Shown: one piece after another, positions 9,238 to 18,434 of the stretch
How positions within the stretch are numbered: the stretch's first letter is position 1
How the letters are laid out: every line of letters begins with the position of its first letter
Source: an uncultured Gemmatimonadales bacterium
Lineage (GTDB): Bacteria > Gemmatimonadota > Gemmatimonadetes > Gemmatimonadales > GWC2-71-9
Direction: 5' to 3'
NCBI GenBank assembly: GCA_963815515.1
Contig: CAWFGP010000001.1
Span: forward strand, 586,378-650,377
DNA length: 64,000 nucleotides
Translations under genes and position numbers: made by a program
Notes under the pieces: model-generated
Seen by the model: only the letters and a program-made list of their open reading frames with translations
Told to the model about the DNA's origin: nothing
The model's database searches: none

Positions 9238-10039
9238 CCGCACCGCGCCGGCCGGCGCCCTCGTCGGAAATGAGCAGCGAGCCGTCCGGGGCGAAGGCGA
9301 GCCCCTCGGCCTGCCGGTGGTCCGCGCGCCGAAGCCGGGCCACTGCCACGACGTTGCCGGCCGAGGTGATCTCCGCGATGGCATGCTCGCGGCCGGACAG
9401 CACCAGGTAGTGGCCGTTGCCCGGGACCCGGAGCAGCTCCGACGGGTGAAACCCCTGGCCCTTGAGCTCCCCGGTGATCGCGGACAGCCGGACGAAGATC
9501 CAGGGCCGCGGGTCGAGCGCCTTCCGATCGAGTGACCAGCGCAGCACCGCCAGGTGGCCGACGAGCGCCGGGGTGCGCGGCTCCTTGCAGGCGAACAGCA
9601 GGGCGTGACCGGGCGCCTCGTACGACATGCCCTCGACCTCGCAGGCGCGCCCGATGCCGGTGGACTGCGTGACGTAGGGGACCGACTCGCCGTCCCGGCC
9701 TTCGCGGCCGGCGTAGAGCACGCCGTTGCTGGTCGTGAGAATCACCTGCCGGCCGACGACGGCGATGGCCTCGAAGTCCCCGCGCACTGCGGGCAGCCCG
9801 AAGCTGAACCGCTTGACGACACGGTGGGTGGCGGGATCGAGCTGATAGATGATGGCCTGCTCGTCGTCGTGCGCGAAGATGCGGCCCGCGCTGTCGACGG
9901 CGAGGCCGCTGATCTCCCGCAGCGCCTTCGGCAAGTCCCAGCGGTCGGCCGGCGGCGCGGCGAGGTCGTAGTGCGAGAGGACCGACGCCGGAGCCACGAC
10001 CATGAGTGCCAGGAGCGCGATCCGGACCCCCGCCGTCAC
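9215..10039 (-). CDS. secreted SdiA-regulated/YjiK-like (phytase-like) beta-propeller protein
   Basis: LREISGLAVDSAGRIFAHDDEQAIIYQLD, RGDFEAIAVV, CEVEGMSYE and AEGLAFAPDGSLLISDEG repeat the E-G/DEG blade pattern of this family. Start placed at GTG 10039 (GTGA overlap with the kinase stop), giving the signal peptide VTAGVRIALLALMVVAPASV. Confidence 0.5.
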   Translation of the reverse strand: MTAGVRIALLALMVVAPASVLSHYDLAAPPADRWDLPKALREISGLAVDSAGRIFAHDDEQAIIYQLDPATHRVVKRFSFGLPAVRGDFEAIAVVGRQVILTTSNGVLYAGREGRDGESVPYVTQSTGIGRACEVEGMSYEAPGHALLFACKEPRTPALVGHLAVLRWSLDRKALDPRPWIFVRLSAITGELKGQGFHPSELLRVPGNGHYLVLSGREHAIAEITSAGNVVAVARLRRADHRQAEGLAFAPDGSLLISDEGAGRRGAVTVYRRR

Positions 10040-11655
10040 CGGACCGCCAGCATCTGGCCCGTTTCCTGGCGTCCCTCGACAGGCACGGCGATGTTGGTCT
10101 CCCACCATTCGCGGGCGTCGGCCTGGCTCCACGGGTGACCCAGCTCGATGCGGTCGAGCTCGGCGATGATCTCATCCGCGCTCGCCGGCCGGTCCTCCGG
10201 CTTCTTCGCCAGACACCGCATGATGAGGTCCTCAAGCGCCTGGGGCATCGGCCGTCCGCTCCGGATGCTGGGTGGGATGGGGCTCGCCTGGATATGCTGG
10301 ATCAGCATCCGGAGCGGGCTGTCGGCCTCGAAGACCAGCTGGCCCGTCAGCAGCCAGTACCCCACGCAGCCGAGGGCGTACAGGTCGGCGCGCCGGTCGA
10401 TGGGCTCGCCGTTGGCCATTTCGGGGGCCATGTAGGCCGGCGTGCCGGTCGTCATCTCCATATTGGTCTTGATGGTGTCCAGGATCGATTGGTCCCGGTC
10501 ATACTTCACCAGCCCGAAATCGAGCACCTTCATGAAATCGTACTCCCGGCCCAGACGGCAGAGATAGATGTTCGCCGGCTTGACGTCGCGGTGGATCAGG
10601 CCGCGGTCGTGCGCCTCGCCGAGGGAGTGGCAGGCCTGGCGCAGCATCTCCACGACGCGCGCGGGCGGGACCGTCCCGAACCGGCGCACCAGCGTCTCCA
10701 GATCGAGCCCGTCGAGCAGCTCCATCACGAAGTAGAAGGTGCCGGCCCGGGTCTCGCCGAAGTCGTACAGCCGGATCGTGTGGGGCGACTGCAGGGCGGA
10801 CGCCGCCTCGGCCTCGCGCCGGAACCGCTCGATGAGCACGCTGGCCTCGGCTCCCCCAGGTGCGCCCAGGATCTCCGGCTTGATCAGCTTGATCGCGGCC
10901 GGGCGCGCGAGCATGCGATGGGTGGCCCGCCACACCTCGCCCATCCCGCCTCGGCCGATCAGCTCGACCAGCCGGTAGCTGCCCAGCTCCCTCGCGCGCT
11001 GCACGTGCTGTCCCAGCCGGGTCATGATCTTGGGCGGGATCACGGCGATCAGCGCGCACACGTAGTTCGGCAGGTAGTTCCAGAGAATGACCGCGGTGTT
11101 CGGCGTCTCGAGGCCGCGCAAGTGCGCTACGACCAGCCCGACCGGGTCCATCGAAGCGGCGATCATCGAGGCGATCAACGTCTTGCGCGGGGTGTTGGGG
11201 ACGATCATGGGAAAGATCAGGATCAGGGCGCAGAGCCACGACAGCCGGCCGGCGAGCAGCCGCATCGGCTCCCACTGGTTCACGATCCCGATCCCCAGGG
11301 CCAGCATCACTTCGTATCCCAGGGCGATATCGAGCGCCAGGCGGGGATTGCAGGTCAGCCGCCGGGTGTAGCGCCAGAGCCAGATCGAGAGCGCGATGCT
11401 GATCACTCCGACGGTGTCGGCCGCCGGCCCCCATGGGATGAGGTCCTTCATCTCCATGTCGAGCAACGGCGCCACCACGTGGTTGAGCACCAGGCCCATG
11501 ACGAACAGCCCCGCCCACACCCGGGCCAGGATGCCCAGGCGCTGGGTCGCCTCGCGCAGCAGGTCCTCGGGCAGCTCGTCCGGGCGCCGGGTACCGTGCC
11601 GCGAGGCCGCGGGGGTGCTGGGCAACTGGGTCTCCAACAGGTCGCAATCGCTCAT
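10036..11655 (-). CDS. Ser/Thr protein kinase with an N-terminal multi-pass membrane domain
   Basis: IGRGGMGEVWRA...AIKLIK, HRDVKPANIYL, DFGLVK and GTPAYMAPE (Hanks subdomains I, II, VIb, VII, VIII) in the C-terminal half. The N-terminal ~230 aa contain about 5-6 hydrophobic helices. Confidence 0.9.
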   Translation of the reverse strand: MSDCDLLETQLPSTPAASRHGTRRPDELPEDLLREATQRLGILARVWAGLFVMGLVLNHVVAPLLDMEMKDLIPWGPAADTVGVISIALSIWLWRYTRRLTCNPRLALDIALGYEVMLALGIGIVNQWEPMRLLAGRLSWLCALILIFPMIVPNTPRKTLIASMIAASMDPVGLVVAHLRGLETPNTAVILWNYLPNYVCALIAVIPPKIMTRLGQHVQRARELGSYRLVELIGRGGMGEVWRATHRMLARPAAIKLIKPEILGAPGGAEASVLIERFRREAEAASALQSPHTIRLYDFGETRAGTFYFVMELLDGLDLETLVRRFGTVPPARVVEMLRQACHSLGEAHDRGLIHRDVKPANIYLCRLGREYDFMKVLDFGLVKYDRDQSILDTIKTNMEMTTGTPAYMAPEMANGEPIDRRADLYALGCVGYWLLTGQLVFEADSPLRMLIQHIQASPIPPSIRSGRPMPQALEDLIMRCLAKKPEDRPASADEIIAELDRIELGHPWSQADAREWWETNIAVPVEGRQETGQMLAVR

Positions 11656-11779
11656 CCAAGGCCTTTCAGACGTGGCGCAAAGCTTGAGACTATAGCAATT
11701 TAGTGGTCAAACGCTAACACAATGCCTAGGCCCGTCAATCCGGACGCGGGCCGGGGCGCGCACATGGCAGGAGGGCTCG

Positions 11780-12880
11780 ATGCGTGCCAAAGACCTCAAC
11801 GCCCAGTTGAGCCGCCTGGCTGAAAACCCGATCGCACGGGTCGTCGCCTACTACGTGCTGCTGTTCGCCGCGACCGGCCTTCTGCTCGAGCTGGCGCCCA
11901 CGGCCGAGTCACTGATCTACGGCGGCGTCCAGCAATCCACGGCCGACATCTCCAGCAACATCCAGGGCACGCTGACCAATGGGCAGCTGCCGCTGTTCCA
12001 GGCTCCCCCCGGCCTGCCACTGGCGGAGGTCTTCGCCATGGCCGCCGCCTTCGCTCTGATGCTGCCCGTGGCCTGGATTTACATCATGACTCGGCGGCGG
12101 AAGGGGTTCCGTCAGTCGGTGGTGCAGACCCTGGTCATCCTGCCGATCGTGGTCGCCGGCGTAGTCTTCATGGTCAAGAACAGCCTGGCCCTGGCGTTCA
12201 GCCTGGGCGGCATCGTGGCGGCGGTGAGCTTCCGGAACACGCTCCGGGACACCAAGGACGCGGTGTACATCTTCCTCGCCACGGGCGTGGGGCTCGCCGC
12301 CGGAATTCAGTCGGTGGCGTTCGCCGCGGCGCTGTCGATCACCTACAACGTCGTCATCCTGTTGCTCTGGTGGACCGACTTCGGCCGCTCGGCCGCCGAC
12401 CTGCAGGGTCCACCGGCGCAGCGCCGGCTGCAGCGCGCGCGGGCCCTGGCCAATCGCACCAGTGCCTTCGTGTCGCTGGTCGACGACCAGATCCTCAAGT
12501 CGCTGACGCCCGACCAGCTCGAGTCCCTGGCCGCGCGTGCGGAGCGCCGGCGGCAGCGCTCGCGTCCGGATGGGGACACGGGTGGCCGCGCGGACGCCCC
12601 CGGCGAGGCGCCGGTCAAGAAGCCGGTGGAGTTCCGCCGGCTCGATCTCCGGGTGCAGGGCCCGGCGGACGCCGCGCGCCGCGTGATCGAGCCGCTGCTC
12701 GACGCCTCCGCCAAGCGATGGGAGTTCCTCCGCGCCCTGCCCGGGCCGACGGGCGCCGAAGTCCTGCAGTACCGGGTGCGCCTGAAGAAGAGCGTACCCG
12801 CCGAGAGCCTGGTGCAGAGCCTTCGCGCGGGCGCCCCGGCGCACGTGACAGGGGTGGAGCTGGCCGACGGGACCCGATGA
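11780..12880 (+). CDS. DUF4956-family membrane protein with a long charged C-terminal tail
   Basis: VVQTLVILPIVVAGVVFMV...LGGIVAAVSFRNTLRDTKDAVYIFLATGVGLAAGIQS resembles the DUF4956 core (xxFR..l.d..D..yiF.ai..Gla.G). GGAGGG Shine-Dalgarno lies upstream of ATG 11780. Confidence 0.6.
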   Translation: MRAKDLNAQLSRLAENPIARVVAYYVLLFAATGLLLELAPTAESLIYGGVQQSTADISSNIQGTLTNGQLPLFQAPPGLPLAEVFAMAAAFALMLPVAWIYIMTRRRKGFRQSVVQTLVILPIVVAGVVFMVKNSLALAFSLGGIVAAVSFRNTLRDTKDAVYIFLATGVGLAAGIQSVAFAAALSITYNVVILLLWWTDFGRSAADLQGPPAQRRLQRARALANRTSAFVSLVDDQILKSLTPDQLESLAARAERRRQRSRPDGDTGGRADAPGEAPVKKPVEFRRLDLRVQGPADAARRVIEPLLDASAKRWEFLRALPGPTGAEVLQYRVRLKKSVPAESLVQSLRAGAPAHVTGVELADGTR

Positions 12881-15336
12881 GCGATCTGTTATCGATCCTG
12901 AAACAGGCGCTTCGCGATCGCTATGTCGTGGAGCGCGAGGCGGGGCGGGGCGGCATGGCGACGGTCTTCCAGGCACACGATCGCAAGCTCGGCCGCGAAG
13001 TCGCCATCAAGGTCGTGAGCCCGAGCGTCATGACCGCCGTTACCGGCGAACGGTTCCTCCGCGAGATCCGCATCACGGCCCAGCTCCAGCATCCCAACAT
13101 CCTTTCGCTCATCGACTCCGGCGAGGCCGCCGGCCTGCTCTACTCCGTCATGCCGTTCGTGGACGGGGAGAGTCTTCGCGAGCGTCTGCTGGGCGAGCAG
13201 CTGCCGGTCGGCGAGGCGCTGGTGCTCGCGCGGGAGGTGGCGGAGGCACTCGACTACGCGCACCACCGCGGCATCATCCATCGTGACATCAAACCCGAGA
13301 ACATCCTGCTGTCCAACGGCCATGCGGTCGTGGCCGACTTCGGCATCGCGCGCGCGATCGGGCTCGCAAGCGGCAATTCGCTGACCGCCAAGGGCCTCCC
13401 GATCGGCACCGCGGCCTACATGAGCCCGGAGCAGGCGCAGGGCGTCACCGGGGGCGATCCGCGCAGCGACGTCTACGGCCTGGGCTGCGTTCTGTACGAG
13501 ATGCTCACCGGGCGGATGGCCTTCGGCGGCGCCAACCTGCGCGAGGTGCTCGCCAAGCAGGCCGGCGGGGAGCCGACGCAGGTCCAGACGCTCCGTCCCG
13601 AGGTGCCCGACGCGGTCGCGGCCATCGTGGCGCGCGCGCTCGCCAAGCGGCCCGAGGACCGCTATCAGACCGCGGGCGAGCTGGCGGCCGATCTGCGGGA
13701 GGCGATGGGCGAGCCCGCCCGCCTCAGCGGATCGACCCCGCCCGGGAGCTGGCTCCCGGCGGAGGAGCGCACGTCGCGCGGCGCGACGCCGGTCGACCCG
13801 GTGGGGGCACCTTCCGGCGCGCTGTGGGGTCGGATGCTGATCATCGCGACGGCGCTCATGCTGCTCGCGCTCCTGGCCATCCGGCTCTGGCCATCCCGCC
13901 AGCGCGAGTCGTCGCGCATGGCGGGCGACCCATCGGTGGCGGTGCTGCCGCTCGAGGTCGGCGGCTCCAGCCCGGAGGACGAGTACCTGAGCGAGGGATT
14001 GAGCGAGGAGATCGTCGGCCGGCTGGCGCAAGTGCAGGGCCTCAAGGTCATCTCGCCCAGGTCGACGGCAGCGCTCAAGGGGCTGCGGCTCACCATGCGG
14101 CAGCTCGCCGATACGCTCGGCGTGCGCCACGTGCTCGGGGGCTCGCTCCTGCGCTCGGGCGGCCGGGCCCAGGCCACGATGCAGCTCATCGACGCGGAGC
14201 GGGGCGTCGTGGTGTGGCGGCAGACCTATTCCCTCGCGGCCGGCGAGGTCCCGCAGCTGCAAGACGTGATCGCTCGGCAGGTCGCCGGCGCGCTGCTCGC
14301 GACCGCGGGGCGGACCCTGATGCCGGCCGCGCCGGTCCGCACCGAACAGGTCCTGGGGTACGACGCGTATCTCAGGGGCGCCTACTGGCTCGAGCGGCGG
14401 ACGCCCGAGGCGCTGCGCCTGGCGGACGCGGCGTTCGAGCAGGCGGTGGAGATCGATTCCGGCTACAGCCAGGCCCTGGCCGGGCTCGCGTCGACCCGTA
14501 CCTACGGGGTCGTCTACGGCTACCGGAGCCAAGCCGACCCGTACACCGAGCTGGCCCAGGCGCTCCAGCTCGCCGGCCGTGCGATCGCGCGCGACTCCGG
14601 CGTGGCCGCCGCATGGCTGGCGCGGGCCGACGCGCGGTCGATCGCGTTCTTCCCGGAGGATTCGGTGCGGGCCGATCTGCTCCGCGCGCGGAAGCTGGTG
14701 CCCAACTCCGCCAACGTCGCAATGGCATATGCCTGGGCCGTCTTCCGGGCGGGCGCCACCGACTCGGCCCTGGCGCAGGCCCGCCGCGCGCTGGCACTCG
14801 ATCCGCTCGCCCCCGGCCTCCGGCATGAGCTCGTGGCGCTCGCCATCGGGGCGCACCGGTACGACGTCGCGCTGCGCGAGGTCCGGACGGCGGGGCCCGG
14901 TGGTGGCGTCGACCCGGTCTCCGCCATCCTCGAGTCGTACGCTCAACTGCTCTCCGGCCAGGCCACCCGGTGCGCCGAGCGCGATCCGGGTCCGTGGGTG
15001 GCGGTCCGCGCGATGTGCCTGCAGCAACTCGGCCGGGCGACCGAGGCGGCGGCACTGGCCGACTCGCTCGGCCGAGAGCTGGACCAGGAGCACTACCTGT
15101 TTCTGCACCAGTACGCGGACCTGGCCGCCTACTACGCCTGGCGCGGCGATGCCGCGCGGTCGGTCCATTGGCTGGAGCGGGCTGTCGACCACTCGCCGAT
15201 GCTGCACCACTGGCAGCTGGCGTCGGGGCTGTTCGACAAGGTCCGGCGCACGCCCGAGTTCCAGGCCGGCTTCGCGCGCGCGCGCGGGCAGGCCGAGGAG
15301 CGGCTGCGGGCCCGCCGCGCGGTGATCGGCGAGTGA
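12877..15336 (+). CDS. Ser/Thr protein kinase with a TM segment, TolB-like region and C-terminal TPR domain
   Basis: ATG 12877 overlaps the upstream stop (ATGA). GRGGMATVFQAHD...VAIKVV, HRDIKPENILL, DFGIARA and GTAAYMSPEQ. Then a TM helix (LIIATALMLLALLAI), VAVLPLEVGG...EYLSEGLSEEIV, and TPR-like helices. Confidence 0.9.
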   Translation: MSDLLSILKQALRDRYVVEREAGRGGMATVFQAHDRKLGREVAIKVVSPSVMTAVTGERFLREIRITAQLQHPNILSLIDSGEAAGLLYSVMPFVDGESLRERLLGEQLPVGEALVLAREVAEALDYAHHRGIIHRDIKPENILLSNGHAVVADFGIARAIGLASGNSLTAKGLPIGTAAYMSPEQAQGVTGGDPRSDVYGLGCVLYEMLTGRMAFGGANLREVLAKQAGGEPTQVQTLRPEVPDAVAAIVARALAKRPEDRYQTAGELAADLREAMGEPARLSGSTPPGSWLPAEERTSRGATPVDPVGAPSGALWGRMLIIATALMLLALLAIRLWPSRQRESSRMAGDPSVAVLPLEVGGSSPEDEYLSEGLSEEIVGRLAQVQGLKVISPRSTAALKGLRLTMRQLADTLGVRHVLGGSLLRSGGRAQATMQLIDAERGVVVWRQTYSLAAGEVPQLQDVIARQVAGALLATAGRTLMPAAPVRTEQVLGYDAYLRGAYWLERRTPEALRLADAAFEQAVEIDSGYSQALAGLASTRTYGVVYGYRSQADPYTELAQALQLAGRAIARDSGVAAAWLARADARSIAFFPEDSVRADLLRARKLVPNSANVAMAYAWAVFRAGATDSALAQARRALALDPLAPGLRHELVALAIGAHRYDVALREVRTAGPGGGVDPVSAILESYAQLLSGQATRCAERDPGPWVAVRAMCLQQLGRATEAAALADSLGRELDQEHYLFLHQYADLAAYYAWRGDAARSVHWLERAVDHSPMLHHWQLASGLFDKVRRTPEFQAGFARARGQAEERLRARRAVIGE

Positions 15337-18300
15337 GCGACCTGCCGCGGGCGGCCGAGTTCCGGTGCGACGTGCCCTCGGTCGAGCGCCTGGAGGCGCT
15401 TGCCAGGGCGCCGCTACCGCTCGGTCTGGTCGTTCGGGGCCAGCACCACGTCTTCGTGCGCGACGTCTACCTCGACACCGCCGACAACGCGCTCGCCGCG
15501 CGCAACGTCGTCTGCCGGGTGCGCTACGGCGCCGACGACCGGCGCACGCTCACCGTGAGTCTGGCCGAGCCCGGGGTGCCCGGTGCCGGCCCCAGCCAGG
15601 TCTTCGACGCCGACGTGGCGGCGATCGACCTGCCCGGGATCCTTGCCAGCGACACCGCCCCGGCGCGCCGGCTGCGCGGCATCGTGGATCTCACGCGGCT
15701 CGAGGCCCGCTTCGAGCTGGAAGTGGACCGCGTCGTCCGCGTCGCCTCCCGGCCGTGGTACCTGCCGGGGCGGTTCGCGTTTCTCTACGACCGGGTGACG
15801 GTGCGGAGTGGCGGCCTCGTGCGCGAGTTCCAGGAGCTCAAGGTCCGCCGCCTCGCCCGGGGCCGGCCGCGGCTGGAGGAGCTGGCGCTCGCCCTGGAGC
15901 AGGGGGACGGCGTGCGCCCCGTCCTCCAGACGAAGCTGGTCCGCGCGCGGACGCTGGTCCGGCAGATGGGGCAGGAGCGCATCATCCGGAATCTCGATTC
16001 CGGCCGCGCCGTGGCGGTCATCGCGCTCGACGGCGAAGCCGTCGCGCTGTTCGGCGAAGGCGAGGACCGACGCCTGCCCGTCACCGCCGGCGCCGGGGAG
16101 CAGGCCGTCCGCCACGGTCTGGCCGAATGGCTCGGGTCGAAGGTGGGCGAGGTGAGCCTGCTCGGCCGCTCGCCGCCGACGCTGGATCGGCCGAGCCTCG
16201 AGGTGTGGGTCGCGCGGCGCCTCCGCCGGGGGCTCGCTCCCGGCGACGGTCCGGGGATGACGTGGATCCCGGTGCAGGAGCTGGCCCGCGCGGTGCGCGA
16301 CGCTTCCCTTCGCGACCAGGACACCCTCGCCGCTTTCGCCGTCGCCGCCCGCTCGCGCCTCTTTCCGGAGCTCGCCGGCGACGGCGGGATGGCGGCCCGC
16401 GCTGACCCGCCGTCCGAGGCCGTCCCGGCCGACCTCCTCGATCCCGCCACGAGCCAGCTGGAGTTCAATGCCCGGGTGCTGGCCGTCGCCGAGGACGAGC
16501 GGACGCCGCTGCTCGAGCGGCTGCGCTACCTCGCCATCGTGAGTGCGAACCTCGACGAGCTCTACATGGGCGGCGCCGACGAGGTGCCCGCCACGCGGGC
16601 CGAAGAGATCCTCGCCCGCCAGCGCGATTGCATCGAGCGCTGCCTGGCGGAGCTGGGCACGCGCGGGCACCGGATCCGCGGCTGGGCGGACCTCGAGGCC
16701 CACGAGCAGGACGTGCTGCGGACGCGGTTCCGCCGCGAATTCTTCCCGGTGCTCACGCCCCGCGCCATCACCATGAGCCCGGGACATCCGTTCCCGCTCA
16801 TCCCGTCGCTCACCCTGTCGATGGCCGTGGCACTCCAGGGGGAGGCCACCGGACCGCTCCACTTCGCCTACCTGCGGCTGCCGGCCGCGCTGCCCAGGTT
16901 CGTCGAGCTGCCCGAGGGCGGAGGCCTGGTGCCGATCGAGGAGATCGTCACCGCCAACCTCGCGACGCTGTACCCCGGACGCCGGGTGGAGGAGGTCGCG
17001 CTCTTCCGCGTCACCCGCGCCGGCGATCTCGAGCTGGAGGAAGCCGGCGCGGGCGACCTGCTGCAGGCGCTCGAGGAGGAGCTCGACCAGCGCACGGTCA
17101 ACCCGGTCGTGCGGCTCGAGCTTCAGGCAGGGACCTCCGAGGTACTCCGCTCGATGCTCACGCAGGAGCTCCGCTTCGAGACCGGCCACGGCGTGGACCC
17201 GGTGGGGCAGCTGGTGGTGCATGAGACCGGCGGGCTCATGGCTCCGGGTGATCTGCGCCAGCTCGCCTCCCTGCCGGTCCCGGGCGGCCTCTTCCCGCCG
17301 TTCGTCGGCCGGAACCCGCTCGCCTCCGATCCGTCGCCCTGGGCGCGGCTCCGGGACGGCGACCTGCTGCTCCACCATCCCTACGACGACTTCGCCGCCA
17401 CGGTGCAGCGGCTGCTGCAGGACGCTGCCGAGGATCCCGCGGTGGTGGCCATGAAGATGACCCTCTACCGCGCGGGCGAGAGCTCCCGGATCGTCGAAGC
17501 GCTCATCCGCGCGGCGGAAGTGGGGAAGGAGGTGGCGGTGTTCGTGGAACTCAAGGCGAGCTATGACGAGGCCCGGAACATCGGGTGGGTGAAGCAGCTC
17601 GAGCGGGCCGGCGCGCAGGTGGTCTACGGCCTGGTGGGTCTCAAGAACCATGCGAAGGTGGCGCTGGTGGTGCGGCGCGAGGGCGCCGAGATCCGCCGCT
17701 ATGTCCACGTCGGCACCGGCAACTACAACTCGTCGACCGCGAGGGTCTACACGGATCTGGGCCTGCTCTCCGCCGATCCGGCACTGGGCGACGACCTCAG
17801 CGACCTGTTCAACCAGCTGACCGGCTCGTCCCGCGCGCCCGGCGCGGCGCTGCGACGACTGCTGGTGGCGCCGGAACACCTGCTGCCGAGTCTGCTCGCG
17901 CGGATCGGGCGGGAGGCGGAGCACGCCCGGGCAAGACGGCCGGCACGGATACGCGCCAAGTTGAATGGTCTCGACGACCCGGAAATCATTCGTGCGCTCT
18001 ACGAGGCCTCACAGGCGGGCGTGGAGATCGATCTCATCGTGCGCGGGCTCTGCACCCTCAAGCCCCGCGTGGCCGGGCTCTCGGACCGGATCCGGGTGCG
18101 GAGCATCGTGGGGCGCTTTCTGGAGCACGCCCGGATCTATCACTTCGCCAATGATGGCGCGGACGATTACCTGATCGGCTCCGCCGACTGGCGCTCGCGC
18201 AACCTGAGGCGGCGCGTCGAGGTGGTGGCGTCGGTGCTCGACCCGGCCTCGCGTGCCCGGCTCGACGCCATCCTGACGCGCGAGCTGGAGGACCCTTCGG

Positions 18301-18434
18301 CCTGGGAGCTCGCCGGCGACGGCAGCTACCGCCAGGCACAGGCCCTGCCCGTCGGCGACCCGGCCACCGCCCAGGCCCGGGCGACCGTGCCGCTGGCCCG
18401 CGCCACCGAAGAGGAGACCGTATGGACCGGATGA
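15333..18434 (+). CDS. ppk: CYTH (triphosphate tunnel)-domain / polyphosphate kinase 1 fusion protein
   Basis: GTG 15333 overlaps the kinase stop (GTGA). N-terminus EFRCDV...VRDVYLDTADNALAARNVVCRVR...EFQELKVRRL is the CYTH pattern. From about aa 490: LEFNARVLAVAEDERTPLLERLRYLAIVSANLDE (PPK N domain), HHPYDDF, KMTLYR, VFVELKASYDEARNIGW, KNHAKVALVVRRE (autophosphorylated His) and VHVGTGNYNSSTARVYTDLGL. Confidence 0.85.
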   Translation: MSDLPRAAEFRCDVPSVERLEALARAPLPLGLVVRGQHHVFVRDVYLDTADNALAARNVVCRVRYGADDRRTLTVSLAEPGVPGAGPSQVFDADVAAIDLPGILASDTAPARRLRGIVDLTRLEARFELEVDRVVRVASRPWYLPGRFAFLYDRVTVRSGGLVREFQELKVRRLARGRPRLEELALALEQGDGVRPVLQTKLVRARTLVRQMGQERIIRNLDSGRAVAVIALDGEAVALFGEGEDRRLPVTAGAGEQAVRHGLAEWLGSKVGEVSLLGRSPPTLDRPSLEVWVARRLRRGLAPGDGPGMTWIPVQELARAVRDASLRDQDTLAAFAVAARSRLFPELAGDGGMAARADPPSEAVPADLLDPATSQLEFNARVLAVAEDERTPLLERLRYLAIVSANLDELYMGGADEVPATRAEEILARQRDCIERCLAELGTRGHRIRGWADLEAHEQDVLRTRFRREFFPVLTPRAITMSPGHPFPLIPSLTLSMAVALQGEATGPLHFAYLRLPAALPRFVELPEGGGLVPIEEIVTANLATLYPGRRVEEVALFRVTRAGDLELEEAGAGDLLQALEEELDQRTVNPVVRLELQAGTSEVLRSMLTQELRFETGHGVDPVGQLVVHETGGLMAPGDLRQLASLPVPGGLFPPFVGRNPLASDPSPWARLRDGDLLLHHPYDDFAATVQRLLQDAAEDPAVVAMKMTLYRAGESSRIVEALIRAAEVGKEVAVFVELKASYDEARNIGWVKQLERAGAQVVYGLVGLKNHAKVALVVRREGAEIRRYVHVGTGNYNSSTARVYTDLGLLSADPALGDDLSDLFNQLTGSSRAPGAALRRLLVAPEHLLPSLLARIGREAEHARARRPARIRAKLNGLDDPEIIRALYEASQAGVEIDLIVRGLCTLKPRVAGLSDRIRVRSIVGRFLEHARIYHFANDGADDYLIGSADWRSRNLRRRVEVVASVLDPASRARLDAILTRELEDPSAWELAGDGSYRQAQALPVGDPATAQARATVPLARATEEETVWTG

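Noticed and set aside
8017-9384. 455-aa minus-strand ORF opposite the metallophosphoesterase
   Set aside because: Antisense artefact. The plus frame has phosphoesterase motifs II and III, and the minus-frame translation is low complexity.
11656-11779. Sigma-70-like -35/-10 hexamers in the AT-richer kinase/DUF4956 divergent region
   Set aside because: Several weak TTGAGA/TCAAAC-type combinations can be drawn, but none is convincing, and the promoter consensus of this lineage is unknown.
12889-17924. Minus-strand ORFs of 773 and 836 aa opposite the Ser/Thr kinase and CYTH-PPK1 genes
   Set aside because: Low-complexity R/G/P/H-rich translations, antisense to strongly supported genes.
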